This document shows, piece after piece, positions 36,401 through 45,975 of a stretch of 64,000 bases of DNA. Where the stretch lies: NCBI GenBank assembly GCA_009772965.1, contig WPAF01000001.1, positions 78,639-142,638 on the forward strand, read 5' to 3'. Under the pieces are notes generated by a model, which was not told the DNA's origin, ran no database searches, and worked only from the letters and a program-made list of their open reading frames with translations. The position numbers and the translations under genes were made by a program. The stretch comes from Candidatus Saganbacteria bacterium. GTDB taxonomy: Bacteria; Margulisbacteria; WOR-1; XYC2-FULL-46-14; WPAF01. The first letter of the stretch is position 1. The number at the start of each line of letters is the position of its first letter.

Positions 36401-37513
36401 TTATGCTTTTAAAGTCACGAATTCTTTTATCTTTTCGGCAATATATCGTATTCCATCATCTTCAATTTCCGGGTAGAGGGGCAAAGAAAGTATCGTTTCG
36501 GCGCTTCCCTCGGTTATCGAAAATTCATCGCATTTATAACCAAGATCCTGATAGCTTTCTTGCAGATGCACAGGAACAGGATAATGTATCAGAGTTTCAA
36601 TGCCATTATTCATCAGAAAATTTTGCAATTCATTCCTCTTTTTATGTCTAATGACAAACAAGTGATATACATGCTTTGCATAAGACATCTCGATCGGCAT
36701 GATAACATCCGGGAATTCATTTAGAAGCTTAAAATATAATCCTGCCTTTTCAGTTCTGATCCGATTCCAGGCATTAAGATGTTTGAGCTTTATTCTCAAT
36801 ATTGCCGCCTGCATCTCATCTAAGCGGCTGTTAAATCCTTTTATTTTATGGTGATAGCGTTTCTCCTGACCATAGTTTCTTAACATCCGAAGTCTGTTCG
36901 CTAGTTCCTTGTTGTTAGTAACCACCATCCCTCCGTCACCAAAAGCTCCCAGGTTTTTACTCGGATAAAAGCTGAAGCAAGCTAGGTCGCCAAGAGAACC
37001 CGCCCTTTGACCTTTGTATAAAGCACCATGGGCTTGGCAAGCATCTTCAATCACGGTCAACTTGTATTTTCGAGCAACATTAATAATCGGGTTCATATCG
37101 GCACACTGGCCGTACAAATGGACTGGTATTATCGCTTTTGTTTTGTTGGTAATCACCGCCTCAACCTTACCCGGATCCATGGTGTAAGTGTCAGGATCAA
37201 TATCAACCAGCACTGGAACCGCTCCGGCAAAAGAGATGGCGGAAATTGTCGGAATTGCGGTGTTGGGAACGGTAATTACTTCATCTCCTGTTTTTACCCC
37301 TGCCGCTACCAAAGCAAGATGTAATGCCTCGGTCCCGGAACCGACTCCAACTCCATAACTAACACCGCAATAACGGGAAAATTCATCTTCAAACGCTTCC
37401 CCTTCCTCACCCAAAATGTACCAACCGGCGCTGAGAACACGCCAAATAGCATCATCAATCTCATTTTTAACCTGCTGATAATGCATTTTTAAATTGCCAA
37501 AGGGTATCTTCAT
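36401..37513 (-). CDS. DegT/DnrJ/EryC1/StrS-family sugar aminotransferase (ArnB/PglE-like)
   Basis: FSFYPSKNLGAFGDGG PLP-Lys motif. The ATG at 37513 (MKIPFGNL...) is preferred over the track start at 37543, which overlaps the upstream gene. Confidence 0.9.
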   Translation of the reverse strand: MKIPFGNLKMHYQQVKNEIDDAIWRVLSAGWYILGEEGEAFEDEFSRYCGVSYGVGVGSGTEALHLALVAAGVKTGDEVITVPNTAIPTISAISFAGAVPVLVDIDPDTYTMDPGKVEAVITNKTKAIIPVHLYGQCADMNPIINVARKYKLTVIEDACQAHGALYKGQRAGSLGDLACFSFYPSKNLGAFGDGGMVVTNNKELANRLRMLRNYGQEKRYHHKIKGFNSRLDEMQAAILRIKLKHLNAWNRIRTEKAGLYFKLLNEFPDVIMPIEMSYAKHVYHLFVIRHKKRNELQNFLMNNGIETLIHYPVPVHLQESYQDLGYKCDEFSITEGSAETILSLPLYPEIEDDGIRYIAEKIKEFVTLKA

Positions 37514-37517
37514 TAGC

Positions 37518-38525
37518 TTATTTCCAATAATATTGCGTCCCATACTTTTTATAATATTCTATCGTTCTCGCTAGGCCTTCTTTGGGCAGAACCTTTGGTG
37601 CCCACCCTAATATTTTTTTGGCTTTTTTAAAGTCGGAATAATAATGCCCGATATCGATTTTTTTTAGTTCTCTCGGGAAAGGGATTAGTCGATACTTGCC
37701 TGATCCATTTACCCTAATCATCGTTTTAACTATTTCTTCCAAGGAAAGATAGACAGAATCGCCCAAATTCATTATTTGGCCTTCCGCTTTCTTTTCCGCC
37801 CCACAGAGAAGCAACGCTTCGACTACATCATCAATATAATTCAGATCCCTTAATTGCTTCCCATCACCAAAGATATTAATCTCTTTCCCCTCCAGCAAAA
37901 GCCTGATGAACCAGCCAAGGAAACCCTGGCGATTATGTTTGACCAGCAAACGCGGGCCATAAGTGTTGGTCAAGCGCAATACGACGCTTTTTATCCCATA
38001 GACATTATGGTAGAGAATATGGTATTGCTCGCCGGCTATTTTATTGATCCCATTCACATCGGTCGGCTGCAACGGATGTTTCTCGTCAACCGGCAAATAT
38101 TGCGGTTTGCCATATATTTGCCTCGTGCTGGCAAAAACGATTTTTATTCCGGGATTATTGTGGCGACAAGCCTCCAGTATTGAAAGCTGACTCTGGGTAT
38201 TGATTGCCAAGTCGGTATAGGGATCCTCCATGCTGTCAATATGGCTGACTTGTCCGGCCATGTTAAACATTATATCCTGGCTCCTGACAAGATAATTCAT
38301 GCCATGGCTATCCCGAACATCGGCTACATTAATTGCAACCAAATCTTTGACGGGCTCAATATTAAACATATTCCCGCCATAAGCTGGTATCAGCGAATCA
38401 ACAAGTGTAACTTTGGCACCCAGCTCAACCAATTTGATAGCGAGATTGCTTCCGATAAAACCTAAACCGCCGGTAATCAGGACACTCTTATTCCTAAAAT
38501 ATTTTTCAAGATTTGATATTGTCAT
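37518..38525 (-). CDS. Extended SDR (NAD-dependent epimerase/dehydratase family) with an atypical active-site motif
   Basis: VLITGGLGFIGSNLA. The expected YxxxK reads NGINK (PTDVNGINKIAGE). The ATG at 38525 (MTISNLEK...) is preferred over the track start at 38609. Confidence 0.7.
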   Translation of the reverse strand: MTISNLEKYFRNKSVLITGGLGFIGSNLAIKLVELGAKVTLVDSLIPAYGGNMFNIEPVKDLVAINVADVRDSHGMNYLVRSQDIMFNMAGQVSHIDSMEDPYTDLAINTQSQLSILEACRHNNPGIKIVFASTRQIYGKPQYLPVDEKHPLQPTDVNGINKIAGEQYHILYHNVYGIKSVVLRLTNTYGPRLLVKHNRQGFLGWFIRLLLEGKEINIFGDGKQLRDLNYIDDVVEALLLCGAEKKAEGQIMNLGDSVYLSLEEIVKTMIRVNGSGKYRLIPFPRELKKIDIGHYYSDFKKAKKILGWAPKVLPKEGLARTIEYYKKYGTQYYWK

Positions 38526-39495
38526 TAAAGCCTCTCTGTTCCTGAATGATAAATTGGGGGGTTTGGTTGCTGGACAAAAACAAACGTCCCAAGTATTCGC
38601 CGATGACACCCAGAATAATAAGTTGAATCCCGGAAAACATAAAAATCGAAATTACTATTGTAGCCCAACCTGTGGGAGCTGTTGGATGAAAAATTTTATC
38701 TATTAGAAATATAATTGCCAAAATAAAACCTACTAAGGCGAAAAACAAACCTATGAGCATTGAAATTCTCAAGGGCAGAACAGAAAAATTGGTAAACATG
38801 TTCAACCAGAGGGAAACCAGTTTCCTGAATGTGTAACCGGATTCTCCCCTGAGACGCCTCCTATGCTCAACTTGAACCGTCCCAATATTCATGGTGCTCC
38901 TAAAAATCAGACCGTCAATATAAGGATATGGACCGCGATATTTTATAATCTCATTGATTAAAACCCGGCTAAAGATTTTAAAACTGCATAAATAGAGTCC
39001 CCTGGGTTTTTTCAATAGTATGGTCGCAACTCGATCGTTAAAAGCGCTGCCGAGATTCCGAAAAAAGCTGTGCTTCTTGACTTTATAATTTGCAAAGACT
39101 ACATCATAGCCCTTGTTGATCTCATCGATCAGTTTGGGTATTTCCTCCGGTGGATTTTGGCCATCGTCATCCATCACAATGGCAAAATCGCCCCGGACAT
39201 ATTTTAATCCTGCAATAACCGCATTATGTTCGCTAAAATTACGCGTGAGTTTTAAGATTTTAATTTTAGGATCAGCCGCATTGAGTTTTTTCATCACTTG
39301 CCATGAGTTATCCCGACTCCCGTCATTCACCAGGATAATTTCATAAGCCAGCCGCAATTTATTAAAAACCGCATTTACACTCAAGCAAACATCTTCCAGC
39401 ATCTGTTCACTATTATAAACCGGCATGACTATTGAATATTTCGGTGCTTCAATCACATTTCTCACATCCACTTTCGATCCGTTCGCAAACATCAC
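38506..39495 (-). CDS. GT2 polyprenyl-phosphate glycosyltransferase (ArnC/GtrB/DPM1-like)
   Basis: YSIVMPVYNSEQ, VMDDDGQNPPEEI, and two C-terminal TM helices ending in GVIGEYLGRLF. Confidence 0.85.
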   Translation of the reverse strand: MMFANGSKVDVRNVIEAPKYSIVMPVYNSEQMLEDVCLSVNAVFNKLRLAYEIILVNDGSRDNSWQVMKKLNAADPKIKILKLTRNFSEHNAVIAGLKYVRGDFAIVMDDDGQNPPEEIPKLIDEINKGYDVVFANYKVKKHSFFRNLGSAFNDRVATILLKKPRGLYLCSFKIFSRVLINEIIKYRGPYPYIDGLIFRSTMNIGTVQVEHRRRLRGESGYTFRKLVSLWLNMFTNFSVLPLRISMLIGLFFALVGFILAIIFLIDKIFHPTAPTGWATIVISIFMFSGIQLIILGVIGEYLGRLFLSSNQTPQFIIQEQRGFNDNIKS

Positions 39496-40609
39496 GAAGC
39501 TTAGCTATAACGTAATCCTGCTGCTCATCGGTCATTTTCGGATACATCGGTATTGACAAGCATTTTCTATAATATTTTTCCGCATTTGGACATAGCCCGC
39601 GCTCGTAACCGAGGCTCTGATAATACGGCTGTAAATAAACCGGTAAATAATGCACATTCACCAAAACACCAAAACTTCGCATAAAATCAAATACTTTCCT
39701 TCTGTTTTCAACCGAAACAACATAAAGATGATAAGAGGACAATACTTCTTGAGTTTCTTCAAATATATTAATTTCAGAAGAATCTTTAAAAGCATTAGTA
39801 TATTTCTTGGCTATTTTCCTTCTCCTTTCAACAAATTTATCGAGTTTTTTTAGCTGACTCATACCCAGCGCGCACTGAAAATCTGTCATCCGATAGTTCA
39901 ACCCTAATTCGTGCATCTCATAATACCAATCGCCTCCATTTTGATTTTTCATTATTTTTGGATCTCTCGTAATTCCATGCGTTCTAAACATCAAAAGCTT
40001 CTCATAATAGACTTCGTTATTTGTCAGGAGCATTCCACCCTCGCCCGTTGTTATATTTTTTACTGCATGAAAGCTTAAAACCGTCATATCCGAATACTTG
40101 CAGACCCCGATTTTTGATCCTTTGTATTCGGCGCCAAGAGCATGGCTGGCATCTTCAATTATCAACAGATCATTTTTTTCGGCAATTGCTTTTATCTCTT
40201 CAAGATCACAAGGTTGGCCAGCAAAATGGACTGGGATAATTGCTTTGGTTTTATTGGTTATTTTCTTCTTAATATTTTTTGGATCAATATTAATAGTGTC
40301 TTCTTGGATATCAGCAAATACCGGTCTGCCCCCGCAATACAAAATACAATTAGCCGAAGCGACAAAAGTAATAGGGGAAGTAATTACTTCATCTCCGGTT
40401 TTTATTCCGGCGGCAAAACAAGCCGCATGCAATGCAGCGGTTCCGGAACTAACTGCTACCGCATATTTAACTCCGCAATATTTTGCAACCTTTTTCTCAA
40501 ACTCGGCTATTCTGGAGCCTTGTGTTAGGTAATCCGAACGTAGCGCCCCAATCACCGCCTTGACATCTGTGCCATCAATCCATTGCATCGCGTAGGGAAT
40601 TTGCTTCAA
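39449..40609 (-). CDS. pseC: UDP-4-amino-4,6-dideoxy-N-acetyl-beta-L-altrosamine transaminase type (PseC)
   Basis: IPYAMQWIDGTDVKAVIGALRSDYLTQGSRIAEFE and the FHAVKNITTGEGG PLP-Lys motif. Confidence 0.8.
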   Translation of the reverse strand: MKQIPYAMQWIDGTDVKAVIGALRSDYLTQGSRIAEFEKKVAKYCGVKYAVAVSSGTAALHAACFAAGIKTGDEVITSPITFVASANCILYCGGRPVFADIQEDTINIDPKNIKKKITNKTKAIIPVHFAGQPCDLEEIKAIAEKNDLLIIEDASHALGAEYKGSKIGVCKYSDMTVLSFHAVKNITTGEGGMLLTNNEVYYEKLLMFRTHGITRDPKIMKNQNGGDWYYEMHELGLNYRMTDFQCALGMSQLKKLDKFVERRRKIAKKYTNAFKDSSEINIFEETQEVLSSYHLYVVSVENRRKVFDFMRSFGVLVNVHYLPVYLQPYYQSLGYERGLCPNAEKYYRKCLSIPMYPKMTDEQQDYVIAKLRDVCERIESGCEKCD

Positions 40610-40613
40610 AGAT

Positions 40614-41803
<1,190 letters not shown>

Positions 41804-41863
41804 TTTTTTATAAAATCTTGCGTAGCATAAACTTCGCCTTCATCAACAACCATAATTCCATAG

Positions 41864-41892
41864 ATTATACCGATTACAGCAGAACCTGTCAA
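41864..41892 (-). promoter_or_regulatory. Perfect-consensus sigma70-type promoter (TTGACA-N17-TATAAT) heading the pseB-side operon
   Basis: Minus strand: -35 at 41892-41887, a 17-nt spacer, and -10 at 41869-41864. A second TTGACA lies at 41912-41907. An ATG follows 10 nt after the -10. Confidence 0.65.
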
Positions 41893-41948
41893 GGAGTGTG
41901 TATTTTTGTCAAAGATATTCATTTGTATTCAGATGTTATCGAAATTTA

Positions 41949-42620
41949 TTAGTACGATTTTATTCTTATATTTTCAAAATACTCCAGAAAAAAAGCCAAT
42001 AATACTCCAATAAATAAACCCATTAAAGCTCCAACAAAAATATTTGTTTTGATGTCTTTATTAGCAGGGGTTTGTGGCGGAACAGCTTCATCTAATACTT
42101 GCAAATTTATACCAATAGCTTTCTGATTTAAAAATGCAATCAACCCTTTAGCATAAGCATTCGCAACTATTGCCGCAATTTCTGGATCTGTTGAAACCGC
42201 TACAATTTTTTTATCATCACCTGATTCAAGCCCAGACTTCAGCGCTGACGAAACATCATCAAGTGTTGGTTCCTCTCCAATCCAAAGATTATTCTTACTA
42301 TCCCACTTGTTTTTAAATATGATTTTTTTTAAATCGTTGTTTTGCGCAATTAATTTTGCCATAGCGCGGCTTTTTAAAATTTCTTCTATCGATGTCCCAC
42401 CCACTGCTCCACCTCCACCAAAAGACGAAGCCGCAAAAGCTGCTAGGCCTCCCGCACTAGAGCCCATGGAAAGAAAAGAAACTTCGGCTTTATACATTTT
42501 GGGCACACGTATAACTTGAATATAAGAAAAAACAACAGAAAAAATAATAAAGCAAGATATCAACAGTTTTCTTTTGCTAATAATTTTTATATAATCTACT
42601 AAGTTTATCTCATCATCCAT
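41949..42620 (-). CDS. Wzz-type polysaccharide chain-length determinant (short form, no kinase domain)
   Basis: N-terminal DDEINLVDYIKIISKRKLLISCFIIFSVVF (Wzz motif plus TM) and a C-terminal TM, IFVGALMGLFIGVLLAFFLEYF. Confidence 0.7.
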   Translation of the reverse strand: MDDEINLVDYIKIISKRKLLISCFIIFSVVFSYIQVIRVPKMYKAEVSFLSMGSSAGGLAAFAASSFGGGGAVGGTSIEEILKSRAMAKLIAQNNDLKKIIFKNKWDSKNNLWIGEEPTLDDVSSALKSGLESGDDKKIVAVSTDPEIAAIVANAYAKGLIAFLNQKAIGINLQVLDEAVPPQTPANKDIKTNIFVGALMGLFIGVLLAFFLEYFENIRIKSY

Positions 42621-42632
42621 ATGTTTTCCTCA

Positions 42633-44822
42633 TTATCTTAATACTTTTGCCAATACAGTAACTGATACGATCGCCTCAAAAAGCCAACGCGAAAAATCTT
42701 GGACATTACTCCAAAAGTTTCTCGTATCAATTTTTTCAGGAACTATTATTGTGTCGCCCGGATAAAGTTTAGATGAATAAAGATTTATTTCCTGCCTCCT
42801 GCTTATCACTGACCCATTTGCCCTAATTACATAAGTTTCTAAATCGTTTGCAGTGGGAGTAGTTCCTCCAGCTATGTTCATGTAATCCTTTGTTTTCCTA
42901 CTAGGATCATAAGCTATTGCAGTTGGATTATAAACTTGTCCGAGGACTATTACACTTTTGGGAGTTTTGGGAATATTTAAAACATCGCCATCTTCAACCT
43001 CAATATCATTTTTACTATTCTTCAACTTTGCAATTTCATCCAAACTAATAACAACTCGGCCTTTTAAGGTTGAAGAAAATACCTTCATATAATCAACTAC
43101 ACCCTTTGTCTGTCCTATTGACGCCTGACGAAATCCAATGTCCTCTTTTGCAACAAAATCCGAGGATACATCCCTTTCTTTGCGCAAAAGATCTAATTCC
43201 ATGTTATTTATCATCCTGCTATAGTTTTCCTGCTGCACTTCCAGCACATTCTTTCTTGTTAGTATAGAACCATATAAATATGCCAAATTTGTATATCCCC
43301 CTGCCCTCTCAATTACTGAACTTATCCTTTCCCCATCCCTGATAACATATTCTCCTGGCCATTTCACTTCTCCTTTAATTGCAACTCTTTCTATTTTATC
43401 GCTTGAGGCAGATACATTGATTTCATCTTTAGAATATAAATTGATATTTATGGAATTATCTTTTTCTACAAATAATTTTTCATAGTCAATTGGGTAAACA
43501 TTAATCGTTGAATTTGAATCTTCACTAACCCGGGATACTTCAATGTGGGGAAATTGGTTATTATAAAATGGCAGGAAATCGTCTTCTTTTAAAACATCAA
43601 GTAGCCTAATCCCTTTTTTATATTCATATGTTCCCGGATATTTAACCTCGCCTTTAACAGTAATTCCATTGCTGATTTTTGAGTATATAGGGAAGATTTT
43701 GATTAAATCCATATCTTGGATAGGTATGTCTAAATTACTTTTTGTTTTAGCTAATAAAATTTCTTTATCAATCACAACATTTTTTTCGTGCGCGATAGTC
43801 CTTTCAATTTGAATACGATTTAAATAAGTTGAAGGATTTATTCCGCCAGCCAAAGAGAGCACATCCGCAAGATCTGCAGATCCTCTAATTTCATAAATTG
43901 CTGGGCGATTAACATTCCCCGCCACAGCAACAACGCTACTAATTAATGGGACAAAAACTGTATCCCCTGCCATTAAAGCCCGGTCTTGGCTATTATCCCC
44001 TTTTAATAAAAAACTATAAAGATCCAAATGCGCGACAACTTTCCCGTTGCGTAAAATTCTTACATCCCGCAAAGAACCTTTTTTGGTTGGACCGCCGGCA
44101 TAAAACAAAGCATTATATGCTGTTGAAAGCGAGCTCAACGGATAGTTGCCAGGGTTCTGCACTTCTCCAACAATATATATTTGAATCGTTTTAATATTAT
44201 CAAATGTTATCCCGATATTAATTCCTTCATAAAACCTATTAAGCTGGGTTTCAACAAAAGGCTTTAACTGAGAATAAGTTAGCCCCGCAACAGAAATCAA
44301 ACCAACCTTGGGCAAAGTTATTTCCCCATTTTGGTTGACGGCTACCTTAAAATTGCCTTCGCTTACTCCCCACATGGTTACGCTAAAGCTGTCTCCGGGG
44401 CCGATAACATAATTTTCACCAACAGGAGTATTTTTTTGAGGGGAAATAAAGCTAGAATTAGACTGTTTGAAGATATCATAGCCAAATTGCTTTATTTTTT
44501 TAAAACCCTCTAAGGAAACAGAATTAGAAAATATTCTTTCAATTTCTGAAGGTTTTTCTTTTTTCACCTCAATTATTCCATCTACACTTCCCCCATCGCT
44601 ATTCTGAATATTTTGTTCTTGCCCATTTTTAATTTTTGAGTTTTTATTAAGAACATTAGCAGTATTGTTGTTTAATTTTTCGTTAAATGAATCCTGTTGA
44701 TTCAACAGCGCTGAAGGATCCAATGCAGCATCAAGCATTTGCGTTTGAGCAAAAAGCGGGTTAAATGAAACAAACAAAAGAAAAACCACAAGACACTTCA
44801 TGGTAATTTTATTTTTCAACAC
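42633..44822 (-). CDS. Polysaccharide export protein (Wza/Poly_export family with multiple SLBB-like repeats)
   Basis: Signal peptide MKCLVVFLLFVSFNPLFAQ, GPGDSFSVTMWG Poly_export motif, and repeated G.V..PG.Y modules. The track start is GTG at 44822. The ATG at 44801 is an alternative. Confidence 0.75.
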   Translation of the reverse strand: MLKNKITMKCLVVFLLFVSFNPLFAQTQMLDAALDPSALLNQQDSFNEKLNNNTANVLNKNSKIKNGQEQNIQNSDGGSVDGIIEVKKEKPSEIERIFSNSVSLEGFKKIKQFGYDIFKQSNSSFISPQKNTPVGENYVIGPGDSFSVTMWGVSEGNFKVAVNQNGEITLPKVGLISVAGLTYSQLKPFVETQLNRFYEGINIGITFDNIKTIQIYIVGEVQNPGNYPLSSLSTAYNALFYAGGPTKKGSLRDVRILRNGKVVAHLDLYSFLLKGDNSQDRALMAGDTVFVPLISSVVAVAGNVNRPAIYEIRGSADLADVLSLAGGINPSTYLNRIQIERTIAHEKNVVIDKEILLAKTKSNLDIPIQDMDLIKIFPIYSKISNGITVKGEVKYPGTYEYKKGIRLLDVLKEDDFLPFYNNQFPHIEVSRVSEDSNSTINVYPIDYEKLFVEKDNSININLYSKDEINVSASSDKIERVAIKGEVKWPGEYVIRDGERISSVIERAGGYTNLAYLYGSILTRKNVLEVQQENYSRMINNMELDLLRKERDVSSDFVAKEDIGFRQASIGQTKGVVDYMKVFSSTLKGRVVISLDEIAKLKNSKNDIEVEDGDVLNIPKTPKSVIVLGQVYNPTAIAYDPSRKTKDYMNIAGGTTPTANDLETYVIRANGSVISRRQEINLYSSKLYPGDTIIVPEKIDTRNFWSNVQDFSRWLFEAIVSVTVLAKVLR

Positions 44823-44853
44823 TTATATTACGCCCCTTTACAATTAACATTCG

Positions 44854-45975
44854 TCATTTTATCATATAATTTACTAAGCCACAAACATAATCCCCCACCG
44901 CCAAACACGAAGTTAACCCCGGGGATTCTATCCCAATTAAATTGATAAAATTAGAAAGCCCATTGTTGCTTTCTTCCTTAATAATAAAATCCCTGAACCC
45001 ATCATTTGGTTCCTGCAGTTTTGGCCGCATGCCGGAGGTGTCTGGAGCAAGCATATCTTCTTTTAGCCAAGGCAGGTATTTTTTTGCCGAGTTAAAAAAT
45101 TCATTTCCTTTATTTTCGTCAACCTCATAATCAATCGTATCAACGTAATTCGCATCTGGGCCTAAGCGAATATTTCCATCCAAAGCCAGTGTAGTATGCA
45201 CTCCAAGCCCATATCCTTTTTCATGCGGCGGCGGATAAATCAAATGCTTCAGTTTATTTTGTGATTGCGTGATGGAAAAATAATCTCCCTTGCAATAGTA
45301 GAGTTTATATTTTAACGCTTCAATATCAAATCCTGCCATCCCTGCAACTTTATCAGAATCCAGTCCTGCACAGTTTATTACAATCCCAGAATGAATTTCT
45401 TCTCCACTTTTACTTCTTAAAATATATCTTTCTGCTTCTTTTTCAATGCCTACAACTTCGTTATTAAAAGAAAACAGAACACTTTGCTGTTTTGCGGTTT
45501 GATATAAATAATTCATCAACCCATGAGAATCAATTATTCCTGTGGAGCCGGAAAACACGGCATTTAAAGCAAAAACATCTGGTTCGAGTTTTGATATTGC
45601 ATCCTTGCCCAAAAGTTCAAGTATTGGGACACCATTATTTCTTGCGTTTTGATATATCGCTTCGATCTGAGATATTTCACCTTTATTGGTAGAAACTATT
45701 AATTTGCCGCATTTTTTGTATTTTATACCCTTTGCTTCGCATAGTTCATACAGCATTTTATTGCCGGAAAGACAAAGCTTACTCTTTAATGAATCTTTTG
45801 GATAATATATTCCAGCATGAATTACTTCACTGTTGCGGCTGCTTGTTTCCTGGCCATATTTCTCGTTTTTCTCTAAAACAATGATATCTCTATTTGCATA
45901 TTTCCGAGAAAGACTTTCAGCTATTGCCAAGCCAATTACTCCCGCCCCAATTATGGTTATGTCAACTTTTTCCAT
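44854..45975 (-). CDS. FAD-dependent oxidoreductase (DAO / L-2-hydroxyglutarate oxidase-like)
   Basis: DITIIGAGVIGLAIA dinucleotide-binding motif and SSRNSEVIHAGIYY. Confidence 0.7.
   Translation of the reverse strand: MEKVDITIIGAGVIGLAIAESLSRKYANRDIIVLEKNEKYGQETSSRNSEVIHAGIYYPKDSLKSKLCLSGNKMLYELCEAKGIKYKKCGKLIVSTNKGEISQIEAIYQNARNNGVPILELLGKDAISKLEPDVFALNAVFSGSTGIIDSHGLMNYLYQTAKQQSVLFSFNNEVVGIEKEAERYILRSKSGEEIHSGIVINCAGLDSDKVAGMAGFDIEALKYKLYYCKGDYFSITQSQNKLKHLIYPPPHEKGYGLGVHTTLALDGNIRLGPDANYVDTIDYEVDENKGNEFFNSAKKYLPWLKEDMLAPDTSGMRPKLQEPNDGFRDFIIKEESNNGLSNFINLIGIESPGLTSCLAVGDYVCGLVNYMIK

Noticed and set aside
44823-44853. Possible promoter in the 31-nt gap upstream of the Wza-like gene (TAATAT, TTAATT).
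   Set aside because: The hexamers are poor and the spacing is wrong (about 11 nt). The gene is more likely co-transcribed with upstream genes.
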